A stretch of DNA of 64,000 nucleotides from Amphiscolops sp. MND2022 (Eukaryota). Below are positions 26,712 to 39,074 of this stretch, in pieces (positions within the stretch are counted from its first letter, which is position 1; each line of letters opens with the position of its first letter). The notes under the pieces were generated by a model that worked only from the letters and a program-made list of their open reading frames with translations, had not been told where the DNA came from and ran no database searches. The DNA is taken from positions 36,768,001 through 36,832,000 of the forward strand of contig OZ076409.1 of the NCBI GenBank assembly GCA_964187785.1. The letters are read 5' to 3'. Both the position numbers and the translations under genes were made by a program.

Positions 26712-28248
26712 TGTCGCAGGCTACCGCCTGCGATGGCCTACTTTATCAAGTCACCCCGGAAGACGACATTAATATTCCAGGACCAGGAGTCCTACCGATC
26801 TAATGGAACTCAAAACTTACGTAACATATTAGTGAGTATTGCTATCTTACTAAACAAACACTTTTTCACGTTATTATGGCGCTTATTTTGATAAATTATG
26901 CAATTTTCCTAAACACTCTGACCTAAGGTCAGTTTGACCGCAATCATTTACTTTTTATTATTTCATATACTGATATGTAAAAATTGTTGATGAACTATTT
27001 TGTCTATTGTGAACCAATCCATACATACAAATATGCAATTAATTGCTTGTTGCAGTTTTGAAATGTAAATTAGAAATCAGTTGAATAAAGCAATGAACTG
27101 GTAAAGGTAAAGGAAACGCGTTCAACTTGTACAGCGCTGCCGTCAAGTTGACGCGTTGTCCAAAATACTTTTAACCAATCAGATTGCGCCAATAGTATAG
27201 TGCTGAAGTCACGCGGACGTTAGGTCCCATTTGCTATTGAAAGCTGTATAATACTCTCAGAAGCATGGAATATTACAGTTCACATGTATTCATTAATATC
27301 TGTTTTGTTGTTGCTTCCATTTATATATTAGAGGACAAGTGACATGTATCAGTTCACCCTAGTTTCTATTTATAGCCAATATTATGTCATAATTAGGTTG
27401 TTGCTATTTTTAATGATGACATCATTAGTATTTTTACTCTATGACGTCCAAAATACTGAGTGTCATGGTGATAAAAGTATATAAACGATGGGTCTGATTT
27501 TGTAAATTCAATTCAATACTGTTGCAGCAATACACATACGCATTGTGAAAGTTAGACAAACTGTTCAATTTACTCTTAAAACGCAAATCTCTCATTAAAA
27601 TGCCCTCAACTAGAAAGCAGAAAGCCAGAGAAAAGCGCTCAAGACAATCAGACGTAATGTCAGACATTGAAAATCTAGAAGTAATGTTGGGAAATTACCA
27701 GGAAGATGATCAAGTTCGGGATGAAGATATTGGTAACACTGATTTTGACTTAGAGTCAAGGGGACCTCAGAGAGAAACTAATTCAATTAGCGGAAACTTT
27801 AGGTCAATATTGAATACTAATGTGAGTGAGAATAGTGAAATTACAGTTGAAACTAGTAGAGCAATAAATTCAGAAATTTCTTCGCAAATGTCTAGGAAAT
27901 TAGATAAAATGATATCAGATCTCAATTCGCATATTCTGAATGCAATTGACTCTGCAATTGAAGAGAAAGTGATTCCCAGCATCAGGAATGCATTGGAAAG
28001 TCAAAATTCATCAAAAAATACAAATACGGACCTTCGGTCAGATGGACCTCATCCGAGTACTTTTGGTCAAGTACGTCCGCAAAGGGACCTTAGGTCAGTT
28101 GGACCTCAGCAACAAATTGCTGGAAAAGCGTCCCAGGATGCTAAGAAAGACTTCCCTAGGTTAGTAACGATGAGTAGTAACCAAATAAATCATCAAAGAG
28201 AGAATTCAGCAGATTCTTGTGGGAGTGATGATGAAAATGGTTACGACA
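26712..28248 (+). repeat. Gypsy 5' LTR (1537 bp), includes gag codons 1-216
   Basis: Direct repeat of 40987-42525, with about 9 substitutions and 2 indels counted by eye. Confidence 0.95.
27366..27485 (+). promoter_or_regulatory. Putative LTR Pol II promoter (MEF2-like x2, CRE-like, TATA)
   Basis: CTATTTATAG 27366, CTATTTTTAA 27404, TGACGTC 27442, TATATAAA 27478; same motif set in the solo LTR at 48687-48820. Confidence 0.5.
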
Positions 28249-29396
28249 TGGTGACAGGAGCCAATCTTACCCCACAAATGGTCCCTGAGTTCCTGACCGG
28301 ACGGCCCATGCAATCCCAAAATGAAATTCCCCATCAACAGTGTGTCCACGATGACACGCTTGATACCACCATCACTGCACAAATACCACCAGTCCCTACT
28401 AACAATAGGGACGTACCCTTTGAAGCACATATAGATCCCATCAACAGACTTGCAGATGTTATTATGGGAATGAATAACAAACCGTCAGCCCAGACACTGA
28501 TGGTACGACCAGTCAATACGACCACACTAACATTTGATGGTAAATCCGAAATGTTTGAACTGTTCGAAGATCTTTTTCACACAATGATAAAGATGCAACC
28601 GGACATGACGGAAACAATGAAAATCAATCATTTTCATTCGCTGTTGCGCAAAAATGCGCTACAGACCTTTCGTAACATCAATTCAGCCAATAGACAAACT
28701 CTTGAGGACATACTAGCAGTCTTCCGGAGGAAATATGTCAAACCCGAGTCTCAGGCAACCGCCAAACACAAATGGCACAAATTAGTATTTGACCCGAATA
28801 CTATGAAACTGCCTGACTTCCTTGAAGAACTCAACCAAGGTGCTGAAAAGGCCTTTGGCGAACATGCCCAAGCAATGATCGACAGTCTGCTGTATGCTAA
28901 ATTGCCGCCCAAACTGAAACGTTCAGTCAATATGGCGCGACTTGAAAACGCAACGTATGAAGAGATTGTCACACACCTCGAACGAGAATTAGAATTGAAT
29001 GGACTTGAGGAAGGTGACGACATTCACGTCCCCACAATGTCCACTGCCCCCACAGCAACACGACCGGGAACTGGCCTCCTTTCGTCTGGCATTGACCCAA
29101 ATGTCACTTGCAACTACTGCAAAAAACCGGGACATGTCAAAGATGACTGCCGAAAACTCAAACGAAAGGAGGAACAAAAGCCCAACGGCGGGCAGGATAC
29201 CAAGAAAGAATATCCCAAATGTCCAACATGCGACAAAACGAATCACCCGGCGGAACGTTGTTGGAAAGGCGCTGGAGCCCACCTCAAGCCCAAAAACCTC
29301 AAATTGGACAATTCCAAAACCGAGGAAACTACCATAGGTCAAGATGACTCCAACAACAAACCTACTACTTCCATTCTCAAAAACCCAAAAAACTAG
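27600..29396 (+). CDS. Gypsy Gag (598 aa), starting inside the 5' LTR
   Basis: TFDGKSEMFELFEDLF capsid-like start; two CCHC knuckles CNYCKKPGHVKDDC and CPTCDKTNHPAERC; ends at A AAA AAC TAG. Confidence 0.9.
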   Translation: MPSTRKQKAREKRSRQSDVMSDIENLEVMLGNYQEDDQVRDEDIGNTDFDLESRGPQRETNSISGNFRSILNTNVSENSEITVETSRAINSEISSQMSRKLDKMISDLNSHILNAIDSAIEEKVIPSIRNALESQNSSKNTNTDLRSDGPHPSTFGQVRPQRDLRSVGPQQQIAGKASQDAKKDFPRLVTMSSNQINHQRENSADSCGSDDENGYDMVTGANLTPQMVPEFLTGRPMQSQNEIPHQQCVHDDTLDTTITAQIPPVPTNNRDVPFEAHIDPINRLADVIMGMNNKPSAQTLMVRPVNTTTLTFDGKSEMFELFEDLFHTMIKMQPDMTETMKINHFHSLLRKNALQTFRNINSANRQTLEDILAVFRRKYVKPESQATAKHKWHKLVFDPNTMKLPDFLEELNQGAEKAFGEHAQAMIDSLLYAKLPPKLKRSVNMARLENATYEEIVTHLERELELNGLEEGDDIHVPTMSTAPTATRPGTGLLSSGIDPNVTCNYCKKPGHVKDDCRKLKRKEEQKPNGGQDTKKEYPKCPTCDKTNHPAERCWKGAGAHLKPKNLKLDNSKTEETTIGQDDSNNKPTTSILKNPKN

Positions 29397-32300
29397 ATGT
29401 GCCACGACTCCACTTTAACGAAAAACTCCGTGTCAGGCAATAGATAATATCTGACCCCCCTACGGTATATTACACTGAACATTACTCTTCACTCAAAGAA
29501 AACTCATCGGCTGACTGGCAGCAGCACGTGAAACACATTCCTAGTAACCTTCAAAAACTGGACCTCCAGTCTGATGGACGGCACTGTAACTTTACCACTA
29601 TTCGTCCTATCCCTCTTGTAGATAACTATAACCCCTACTATCTCGACCCAGACTTTGGTTTCGATCCTTATTGGGACATTCAAATCTACAACCAGCATTA
29701 TTTACATTTCTACAACAATTTTACCAAAAATACCATCGATATAGAACCTGATTCACCCGAGATCGACCAGAATCTCAATACCCACTTGTCCGCGGCGGCA
29801 GTTGACCCTTGGCAAACCACACGAGGTGCTCCCTCTATGGCAACTTATGCCAAACCACAGACGTACCTTCCCCCAGACGGACCTGTGGTCACCCTGACCG
29901 CAACCGTGGCAGAACGCTACATGCACACGCTCATCTCACGAGACGGTGAACCTGATTACGTCCCCTTAACGACGAACTTGGGACTCAAATATAAACGACG
30001 CATGCTCTACTTTCCAATGGATTTTGGCGAACTAACATTAGATGGCCTTGTAGACACGGGAGCGCTATCTAGCGCTATCCCAGAAGCTGATCTACGTAAA
30101 ATCCGCTTATTAGCTCCTCAGTCCAAAATTAAAGAGGGCCCAGCCCCAAACTTCCAAATTATGGTCGCTAATGGACAGTTGGAGACTCCAAAGAGCACAG
30201 TTGAACTCAAATTTGAGGTCGGGGACATCGACTTCCACGAGATATTCATAGTCATGGAAAAACTTACAAGTCCGCTAATTGGTCTCTCATTCCTTCAACG
30301 GAACAACACCATCTTAGATGTGCGGCAGGGAATATTAAATTTCCCATTCTTTTCCATGCAATTGAAAACAGAGGACCACAAATACACTAATGTCATGGAA
30401 CCTATCTGTACCCGAGAGGATATAACTATTCCCCCCAATGACAGACACATGGTCTCCATCTACTCTCAACTATATGACGACACCAACGTCACTGGAATTC
30501 TTCAACCGAGCAATGACCTCGCAGAAGATGGCGATATAACCTTCTGTGCTGCTCTAGTCACACTGACCCAAGGTCAGGTTGCGATCCACGTGAACAATTT
30601 CACCGATCAACCTTACACACTTAAAAAGGGTTCCCACATGGCAAATTTCTCTGTCCTGACCCCAGAACAGATGAAATACGTCAAACCGATTGACCCGGTG
30701 ACCACATGCCACCTCTTACAAGAGAACCCGGAGCATGCCGTCTACTATGCTAGCAGTCTAATCAAATCTCCGAGAAATGACGAAGACAAAGAGAACTATT
30801 GGTTCCCTACCCCAGAAGACCCTGGAGACCCTCAGTCTCATACACCGATCCAACAACGGATTTTGAAAGAACTATACAGCCTCCAAGAGTTAAAAAAACT
30901 CAATCCTCAGGATAACCCTGAGTCCAGAAAACAATTTCTTGCCCATTTTGACTGGACAGATTCTACACTGAATCCAGCCGAAATAACCCAAATTGAGGAA
31001 TTGTTAGTCAAATTCCACGACATCTTCGCTAGACACCGTTTCGACATAGGCATGAATGAAGATTTCAAGGTCAAATTGACTCCTAAAGACGACTCCCCTG
31101 CTTATAGCCAATGCTTACCAACACCAATCAACCTTAAAGAGGACATCCTTGTGGAATTAGGAATGTTACATCGATATGGGATCATAGCAACGCTCCCATT
31201 TTCCAAATATGCAAGCCCTATCTTTGCCCAGAAAAAACCGAATGGTAAACTCCGACTTCTGGTCGACCTCCGAAAGATCAATAATTTGATCTCTGACGAC
31301 TATATTAACAACAACCATCCCGTCAGCACGTTAACAGACGCCGCGCAACATATGGCAGGCAAAAGATTATTTTGCAAACTAGACTGTTCTCAAGCATATC
31401 ACTGCCTCCAGATGGCTGACCAGAGGTCAATTGAGATGCTAGCCTTCAATTTTGCCAGCAGAACATTTGCCTACCGCAGACTTGCACAAGGTCTAAGCAG
31501 AGCTCTGTCAGCTTTCTCGAGCTTTATGCGCGAATACCTGGATAAAGTGATCAACGCGGACCAATGCGCTCAGTACGTTGACGATATTGGAATAGCGGCC
31601 AACAACGCGATACAGCTCATCAACAACCTTCGAGCAACCTTCGAGTGCATTAGGACCGCGGGTCTCAAATTAACCATGCACAAATGTCACTTTGGAGCCA
31701 AAGGAATTGATTTCTTAGGCCGTACCATCACCCCTGAAGGAGTGCGGCCGCAACGACCCAGGGTCCAAAACTTCCTCGAGAAGACAAAATTCCCAAAATC
31801 CAAAAAAGCACTTCAGAGATACTTGGGGTTCCTGAACTACTATCGCAACTACATCCCAAGGCTTTCAGAAAAACTGACACCATTCTTCAAATTACTGAAG
31901 AGCGACGCCAAAGTCATGGTGACTCCTGATCTGCTAGAACAATTCACCGAGATCAACAAAGCTCTTGACCGATGTTCTGAACTTGCACTTAAACAACCTC
32001 TGCCAAACAAACAAATAGCATTGATGACCGATGCTAGTTTCTCGGCAGCAGGTTATGCAGTTCTCATCGAGGATGATCCAATGGAGAAATATAGTTCGAT
32101 GCGGAAAGCCTTCGCACCTGTAGCGTATGGATCCAAGACCTTTAGTCCCGCCCAATTGAAAATGTCCATATACGCGAAAGAATTCTTAGCAATATTCTTT
32201 GCCTTCAAAGAATTTGGACACATCTTTTGGGGGACTCCGAAATCGGTGATAATTCTAACAGACAATAAGTCGGTCACTCGTTTTTTCCAAACTAAAATTA

Positions 32301-34572
32301 TTCCACCAACACTGTGGAACGCTTGTGACTATGTCATGCAGTTCAACTTCACCATAGCACATATACCTGGCAAAAACAACACCGCTGCTGACTATCTGTC
32401 TCGTCTAGAAATCAGCCCTAAAGAAAAACTCATACTCCGCATACGAGAAGACATCTCAATAACGCCCATTGAACTTAACGTCCAATCGGCGGGAGTAACC
32501 GAAGAAGAACAAATATTCTACACGGATGACGACGACGAAACTGAAGAACAAATTTGGAAGCGAAAACGGGACGCCAGGTCAAAACCTTCAAACAACTTCC
32601 CGACATTTTGATGGAAAAACTTAACAAACATGATAGTACATATTTTCAAACTCCAACTTTACAGAAATTAGCCAAACCAATCACCATGGCCATTGAACAA
32701 CAGAATGACATTATCTTACAACAATTGCGATTCAAATTACAAAAAGAGGAATATTCCGAAACCATTTTACAGCAAGATCCACGTTACCGACACTACTGCC
32801 GTCAAATTGACCGTCTGTCCGTCCAGGACGATATCATTTTCCGAGATTATTATGATGAAACTGGCAACGTCCAATTCCGCCAGGCGTTGCTACCGAAACA
32901 CCTTGTCACTGATCTACTCCAATCACTACACGGAGCTGCGAACAAACACCCGGGGATTTCCAAAATGCTTCAGGAAATCCGTCAAAAATATTATTACCCA
33001 GGAATTGCAAAAATTGTCAAAAAATGGGTACAAGGGTGTGAAATCTGTATAAAAGACAAAAGGATCAAAAATACATCGATAACACCAGAATTACTCAACC
33101 TGCCTGAATGGGACCTCGGCCCGGAAGATGCCTTACAAATTGATCTTCTACCTAACCTACCACCTAGTGGAGGATACGAAAACATCATAACGGCCCTAGA
33201 CGTTTTTTCAAGGTACCTTTTCGCCTATCCAGTAACTGACGCATCAGCCACTAGTACAGCAAAAGTACTTATCGATATAATGACCAGACACACTTACCTA
33301 CCAACTACACTGATCACCGACAAAGGAACAGCATTTACGTCCCGCCTAGTTGACGAAATTGCAAAAATCCTAGGCATTCAAATAAAGTGTGCAACGACGA
33401 AACATCCTCAAACAATTGGTAAACTAGAACGCACTCATGCAAGTCTTAAAGGAAACCTTAAAATGGCATCAGGCGAATATCGACGACAATGGCACAAATA
33501 TCTACCATTGGCAGTACTCAATTATAACACGACCTATCATTCAAGCCTAGGATGTGAACCTTCCAGAATTTTTCATGGCCGGATACCGTATAATATCCTA
33601 GACCACAGGTTAGGACTCAATCCTAACCCAAAGATCTTACCTACAACTGATTTTGCGGAGGAATTTCAAAGGCGCACGCAAATACTTATAGACAGAACAA
33701 AGAAAAACATAATGCAATCCTACCTAAAATACAAGGAATACTATGACCGGAAGGCTAAGGCAGCCCCATTAGAACTCGGCGGCTACTGTTTCATTTTGCA
33801 ACCACTAGCTGACCATCAGGGCTCTAAAATTCCATTCCGGGAGTTCAGGTGTATTGGACCTTATGTCATCGAAAAGGTCCTCCCCAATGAGAATTACATT
33901 GTACGCAAACTCAATTCTAACAAGACACAGATCTTACATCGAATCCGATTACGAAAATACACGCCAAACGTTACGCTACAAGACAATCGCCCGCAAGGCA
34001 ATCTGCAAGCGGATGACGAAATCATCATCCCTCAAGACGATTTATATATTATTTCGTGGGAAACGGATTTTGACGAATTTCCCACCGCTGATGCTTCCAA
34101 AAGCAAGTCGGCCGAGTCTTTAGCTGATTCTGATTAACAGGACACTATAATTACAGATTTGGACCTGCGGTCCAACCGACGCGACGAAAATACCGATGAC
34201 GCTACTACTGGGCAGCGTGGAAACGAAAGCTGCGATGAGGACCTTAGGTCAAATCGACGACAACAAGATACTCGCTCAGATGACACTGAGCAATTACCCG
34301 AGCAACCAGACGCAAATATGACCGACACGGAACTTAGGTCAACTCGACCGCAGCAGGATACTGATTCAAAAATGGACGAAACGACCTCTAAACGCCCTTC
34401 AGAAGCGGAAGATTCGGAATTTTTCGATTTTAGAGGCAAGGATATAATCGTGCCCGATTTATCAAACGATGAAAATGAGGAAATGGTTGTAGAAAATGAA
34501 AGTCCCAGGGGAGGGAAATACAATCTACGTCCCAACCCGACTCCAAACTTTAGTGATGAATACAGATACTAG
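29393..34572 (+). pseudogene. Gypsy pol (protease, dUTPase-like insert, RT, RNase H, integrase), disrupted
   Basis: LVDTGA; QYVDD; MTDAS; H..H..CEIC; QIDLL/TDKGTAF/KLER; IGPY module. In the -1 frame relative to gag. Lesions: TAG at 29441-29443, frameshift near 32590, in-frame TAA at 34135-34137. Confidence 0.92.
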
Positions 34573-34725
34573 CAAAAGAAAGTAAATTCGCTACACCCCC
34601 TGATTTTTACTGAATTGGACTCTTGGGGGGCTTTGACTAACTATCGACTCTTTATAACTCAACAAAGACTGAACATCTATATCAAACATAAACACAAGAA
34701 AAGTTCACAAATATACAAAATACAA

Positions 34726-37700
34726 TTAGGATTTACTACATCCAGCAACTAGATCTTCTGCAGAACGGGTCAACTCAGTTTCACTCAGCAACTGCGTGGT
34801 TTTCTTCATCAGTGCCCCATACTTCTTCTTCTTGGCCTTACTGACACTGGATGATTCAGACTCAAGATCCACTGGTGGCGCGGGTTGAAATGAACCTTTA
34901 GGGTCCAACTGCTCCAAAAGTTTAGTACGTCCAAAATAGTCGACGCTCAACCAAGGATAATACACGTCACTTAGCCCCTGTGTCCCAAAATCTGGCTCTA
35001 GCAGAAGAAATTTGGAAATCGACTGCTCGGAAGTAACAGTCTCCACTCCTCGAGGCACATTGCGGAAGTATGATTGTACTGGCAGTATCACGTCAACTTG
35101 ACTGCAGGTCGGATCTTCAGTATTAACTGAGCCGAAAGTAACAACTGGCAAACTCTCAAAGGGTTCATCCAAGCAAAAGCAGGCAAGACGAAACAACTTG
35201 TACAACAAGGGACGACTGGTCAATGATGCCTGAGCTACTAAGAAATCGACAGTGTCTTTCACGAACAGGGTAGGCTGTATGAGATCAGGAAAAGTCTGAC
35301 GCATCACGTCAACGAAGGAACGATACTCTTCAGTGCAGGGACACTCTTGATCAAGGGAGAAATAGCCCCTGGGTCGGAAACTCGTAAATAACTGCCTGTG
35401 GCAGTACATGGCATGTTCTATGGACCCAGTCAATAGAGTTTCAAGGTCAAACGAACCCAGTCCTTTCACCAGATCAGTGGTCAAACTATTTTGGTGCTGC
35501 ATTGAATTGAAGAGATGTGTGACGTAACTCCGTGCAGCTCGTCCAAATTCTTCTTTATGCTTGCCAGACAGGGCATCTAGAGGCAAGCCTTCAGTTTGTT
35601 TGTCCTTTACGTCACGCTCAGCTTTGGCCTTACATGCGTTGTCTAATTTTGTGCCCAGCTTGATCCGAGTTATGAACTCAGAAACACTAAGTGCAGCGAC
35701 TCGCTTTAGGTCCAGTTCCAAGATCTCTGACCATTGGTCCTCAGGAGGGATGCCTTTGGGACTAGCACATCTGCGGGCAAGTGTGAGGAGATACTGGCAA
35801 AGTTGGCGAAAGTATAAAACCCTCGCTCTCTGCGGCCTGACAAGCTGATGGAGAAACTCGTTGCATCTAAACATCATAAATATTCAACGATATTGATTAA
35901 GGTGTAATTCCCAAGCAGGAGAAAACTTGACTAACAATCACGCGAGAGCTTTTGAAACAACTCCAATTTACAGGTGAATAAATCGTCACACAATATATAC
36001 CATTCCAAATTCTGAGGCTAGAATAGAACAAGACCATAATCAGCAGGTTATTCAATTAAGGACCTTAAGTCAAAATGACCACACCAATTTACCTGCTTGG
36101 ACACTCCCATCATGGGATAGTACAGAGAGTGAGCGGTTAGGAATTCGGTAACAGAGCTCCAGTTGTTCAACAATTCACGACATAGAATGTGAAGCTTCGC
36201 AACATCAAGTCGACAATCACGAATAGCCTAAACCAGAGATCAATTTGAGACTGACAGAAAAGAGTTATATAAAACAAAGGAAGCAGTGATGCTAACCCTA
36301 GCCAATTCAGGGGTAACGAGAATCCACTCTAGGTCGAGACTTCCTCCGAGGCAAACGACAATATACTTGATCACAGCATAGAAGTTTATTCTGCCGAAAA
36401 CGCTGTAGCTCTTCTTATGCATGACCGTCTCCAGAGAAATTTCCTCAAAGCGCTTTCTGCTCTGGACGGCCAGTGAGAAAAGGGGACACTCATCTAGTAA
36501 CTGGACTAAAGATTGGGTACAGCCACTACAACACACAGGACTAGCGCGAGGAGAAATTGCTGCCAAGAGGTAAGACAATAGGCACAACTCTGCTGAGGTC
36601 TGCCCGACTGTGCGTCCAGTTCTTCGGATCAATACTCGACACAATTGACCCTCATGCCAAAACCGAAGGTGGAGAAAGAGCATGGCCCCTTCTGTTCAAA
36701 CTCGAGTGCGTAGAACCCGCTGCTCAGCACGTGATTGGCCAAATCTTCTAGCAGTTGGACGAAGATGTGATGAAATAGCACCTGCAAAACAACAGAGTAC
36801 ACGTTTAACCAAGGAAGAAGACAGTGCTTACATTGGGTCCACTTAGATTACAGATGAGGGGTTGATGATATCACAAAACCTAAGTTGACCTTAGGACAAA
36901 CAAACACGCAATTATTACTTACAGACAAACGCTCTTTGCCCCAGTTGAAATCTGTGAACAGTGACTGGTGGTTAGCAACCACCCCAATGTCTTTCCAAAG
37001 TTCACGTAGCGTTCCAAGGTTCCCGAAAGTCGGCAAAGCGTGACCCAGGATGGAGATCTGAACCCTGACGCGATTTTCAGAGGAAGAAGCCATATGGTCA
37101 TGTCCCGCCATAAACTCGTCGTAGAAGGGTAACTTCACGCCTATGTCTACCAACTCGACGTCAATGAACTTTGGCAATTCAGCTTCCAGTTCTAGAGGGG
37201 AAAGCAACTTCCCGTCCCTGCCCCAGGACATGATGATGGACAACTTGAGTCACAGGGTCCACGACGCCAAGGTGCTCATAGCGCCAACGTTGATCCTTGC
37301 GCAGATGACGCTCGGTAGCATGATGACGTAAAATTTCTTTTGGACCTCTGCCATAGATCGAAACGTTGCCCTTACAAATCTGGCAGTAAAATTTGTAGCG
37401 GTTCCATTTGGGATCCATAGGTCCTGAAACGAAGGTGCGAGCCCAAGACATACCCTTGAAGTATTCTTCACGCATAATCTTACAGGATCTTCCTACGCCT
37501 CGGTGCGAGCTTCTAGTTTTGGCTTTGGAGGACTTCTTTGGGTGTTTTTTGGACCTGTCTCGTTGGGCCTCATGCTTTAACTCAGCTAAGGTCTGAGCGC
37601 CCGGACTAGCACATGACTGATTTGGAATTGTGGACCCAAAGTCGCCCTGACCACAACCCGAAGGAGGAGGAGTGATCGCTTGCATTGATGAACCTTGACT

Positions 37701-39074
37701 GGAAGCAACCTCATGCGAGTATTCAGTTCCCCAAAAGTCTGACTCATTCAGATCAGGACCACTAGTGTAGCTGCCTCCTTCGGACGTAAAACCACATGAA
37801 GTCCCTTCACCTTCTGAATCGGACAAGGGAGTACGTGGAAAGGGACTCTTGCACCGATCATCCCGTCTGGTCGCCGCTCTCTCTCCCAGGCTCATCCTGC
37901 TGGCACGCATTACTACGCTGTTGAGCATTTCAAACGAGGAACGCGCGGTCTCATCTGCCACAACCTTCAAAATGTGCTCGATCTGATCGTGATTGAATGC
38001 TACAGTTGGATGGCCTCGAGGAAGACTTATAGGTTGCGACTCAGAGAAGTATTTGCGGATGACCTCTCGGCTGGTGGAAGATAACGTTGCTGACTTACTG
38101 GCTGCAGGACGCTCAGGCTCTGAATCAGTTCCGCTAGTTTCGTCACTTGGTAATCCTTCTAGTCTCGGTTGGCGCGCTGTCAAAGCATCAGCTAGAGTAG
38201 ACCGTGCGTAAGCATTGGAATCAGCGTCACTCTCAACTGGAGTTACTGCATCACTGGTTGTGGCTGCAAAGTTTGCCGCAGAAACTGGTCGGGAAGGGGA
38301 CTTGAGGTCAGACTGACCAGACGCTTCGGGAACGGTGGATGCAATACTAGGTTCCACAGAGGAAATTTCAGCCTCCTCAATCACAGAATTGATGGGTACA
38401 CGGTTTTTCTTCCTGTCAGGATCCTTGTTATCATCTTTCAGACTGGACTGAAGGTATCTTGTTGACGGGTTAAAAGAGATCACTTTCGGGCTATCAGAAC
38501 TTTGCGTGGGCTCAGGCGAGGATTTTTCAACTTGGGGAAACAAAGTCAATTGTCCACTTTCGCTCGATTTTTCCACCGAAGTGGCTTGCACTTCATATTC
38601 GTTCAGACTGGTCTCTAGCGCTGCCAATTTTCGAGAAATGTATCTCCCACAACTTTCGTCGGACCCGCTACTGCTGATAGCGTATCCTGGAGCTGCGGGC
38701 GACTCATTTTGCGCTGGCGCAGAAGTGACACCAGATCCACTAACTGTAGCTTCAGGCTCAGGAGTGGTCATTTCTACATCAGTAGTCTTTTCAACAGACT
38801 TGGATTCAATGAATGGCTGCTGTTCCTTCCGCACTTCCGGACTGGGTGAATCAGCAGGAACGAGTTCGAGAGTCTTCGGTTCAGCAGCATTGGTCTTGCT
38901 CTCATTGTCGTCCTTTGCAAGTTGAGACGTAGTGCTAAGATATTCAGTGTCATCGGAATTCTCCTGGCTAACTTCCATAGTTTCTACTGCTTGAGGAGTT
39001 AGTTGGCCAATTTGCTCATTATCTAAATGAAAAGAAATGAATTGACGCGGTTCACTTCCTGCAAATATGTCCAT
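34726..39074 (-). pseudogene. Antisense intron-containing accessory gene (BED-like Zn finger, hAT-transposase-like), frameshifted in this copy
   Basis: ORF pieces 39074-37179, 37243-36923, 36781-36297, 36227-36093, from 36017, and 35877-34726. GT-AG introns at 36922-36782, 36296-36228 and 36092-36018. CQIC-x15-HH-x4-H finger at 37391-37305. Confidence 0.65.

Noticed and set aside
26534..26803. 89-aa ORF ending in SQATACDG...GVLPI
   Set aside because: Chance fusion of flanking repeat DNA to the accessory-ORF tail duplicated in the 5' LTR.
34159..34572. 137-aa ORF as an extra gene
   Set aside because: Same frame as the integrase ORF and separated by a single TAA; treated as the Pol C-terminal tail.
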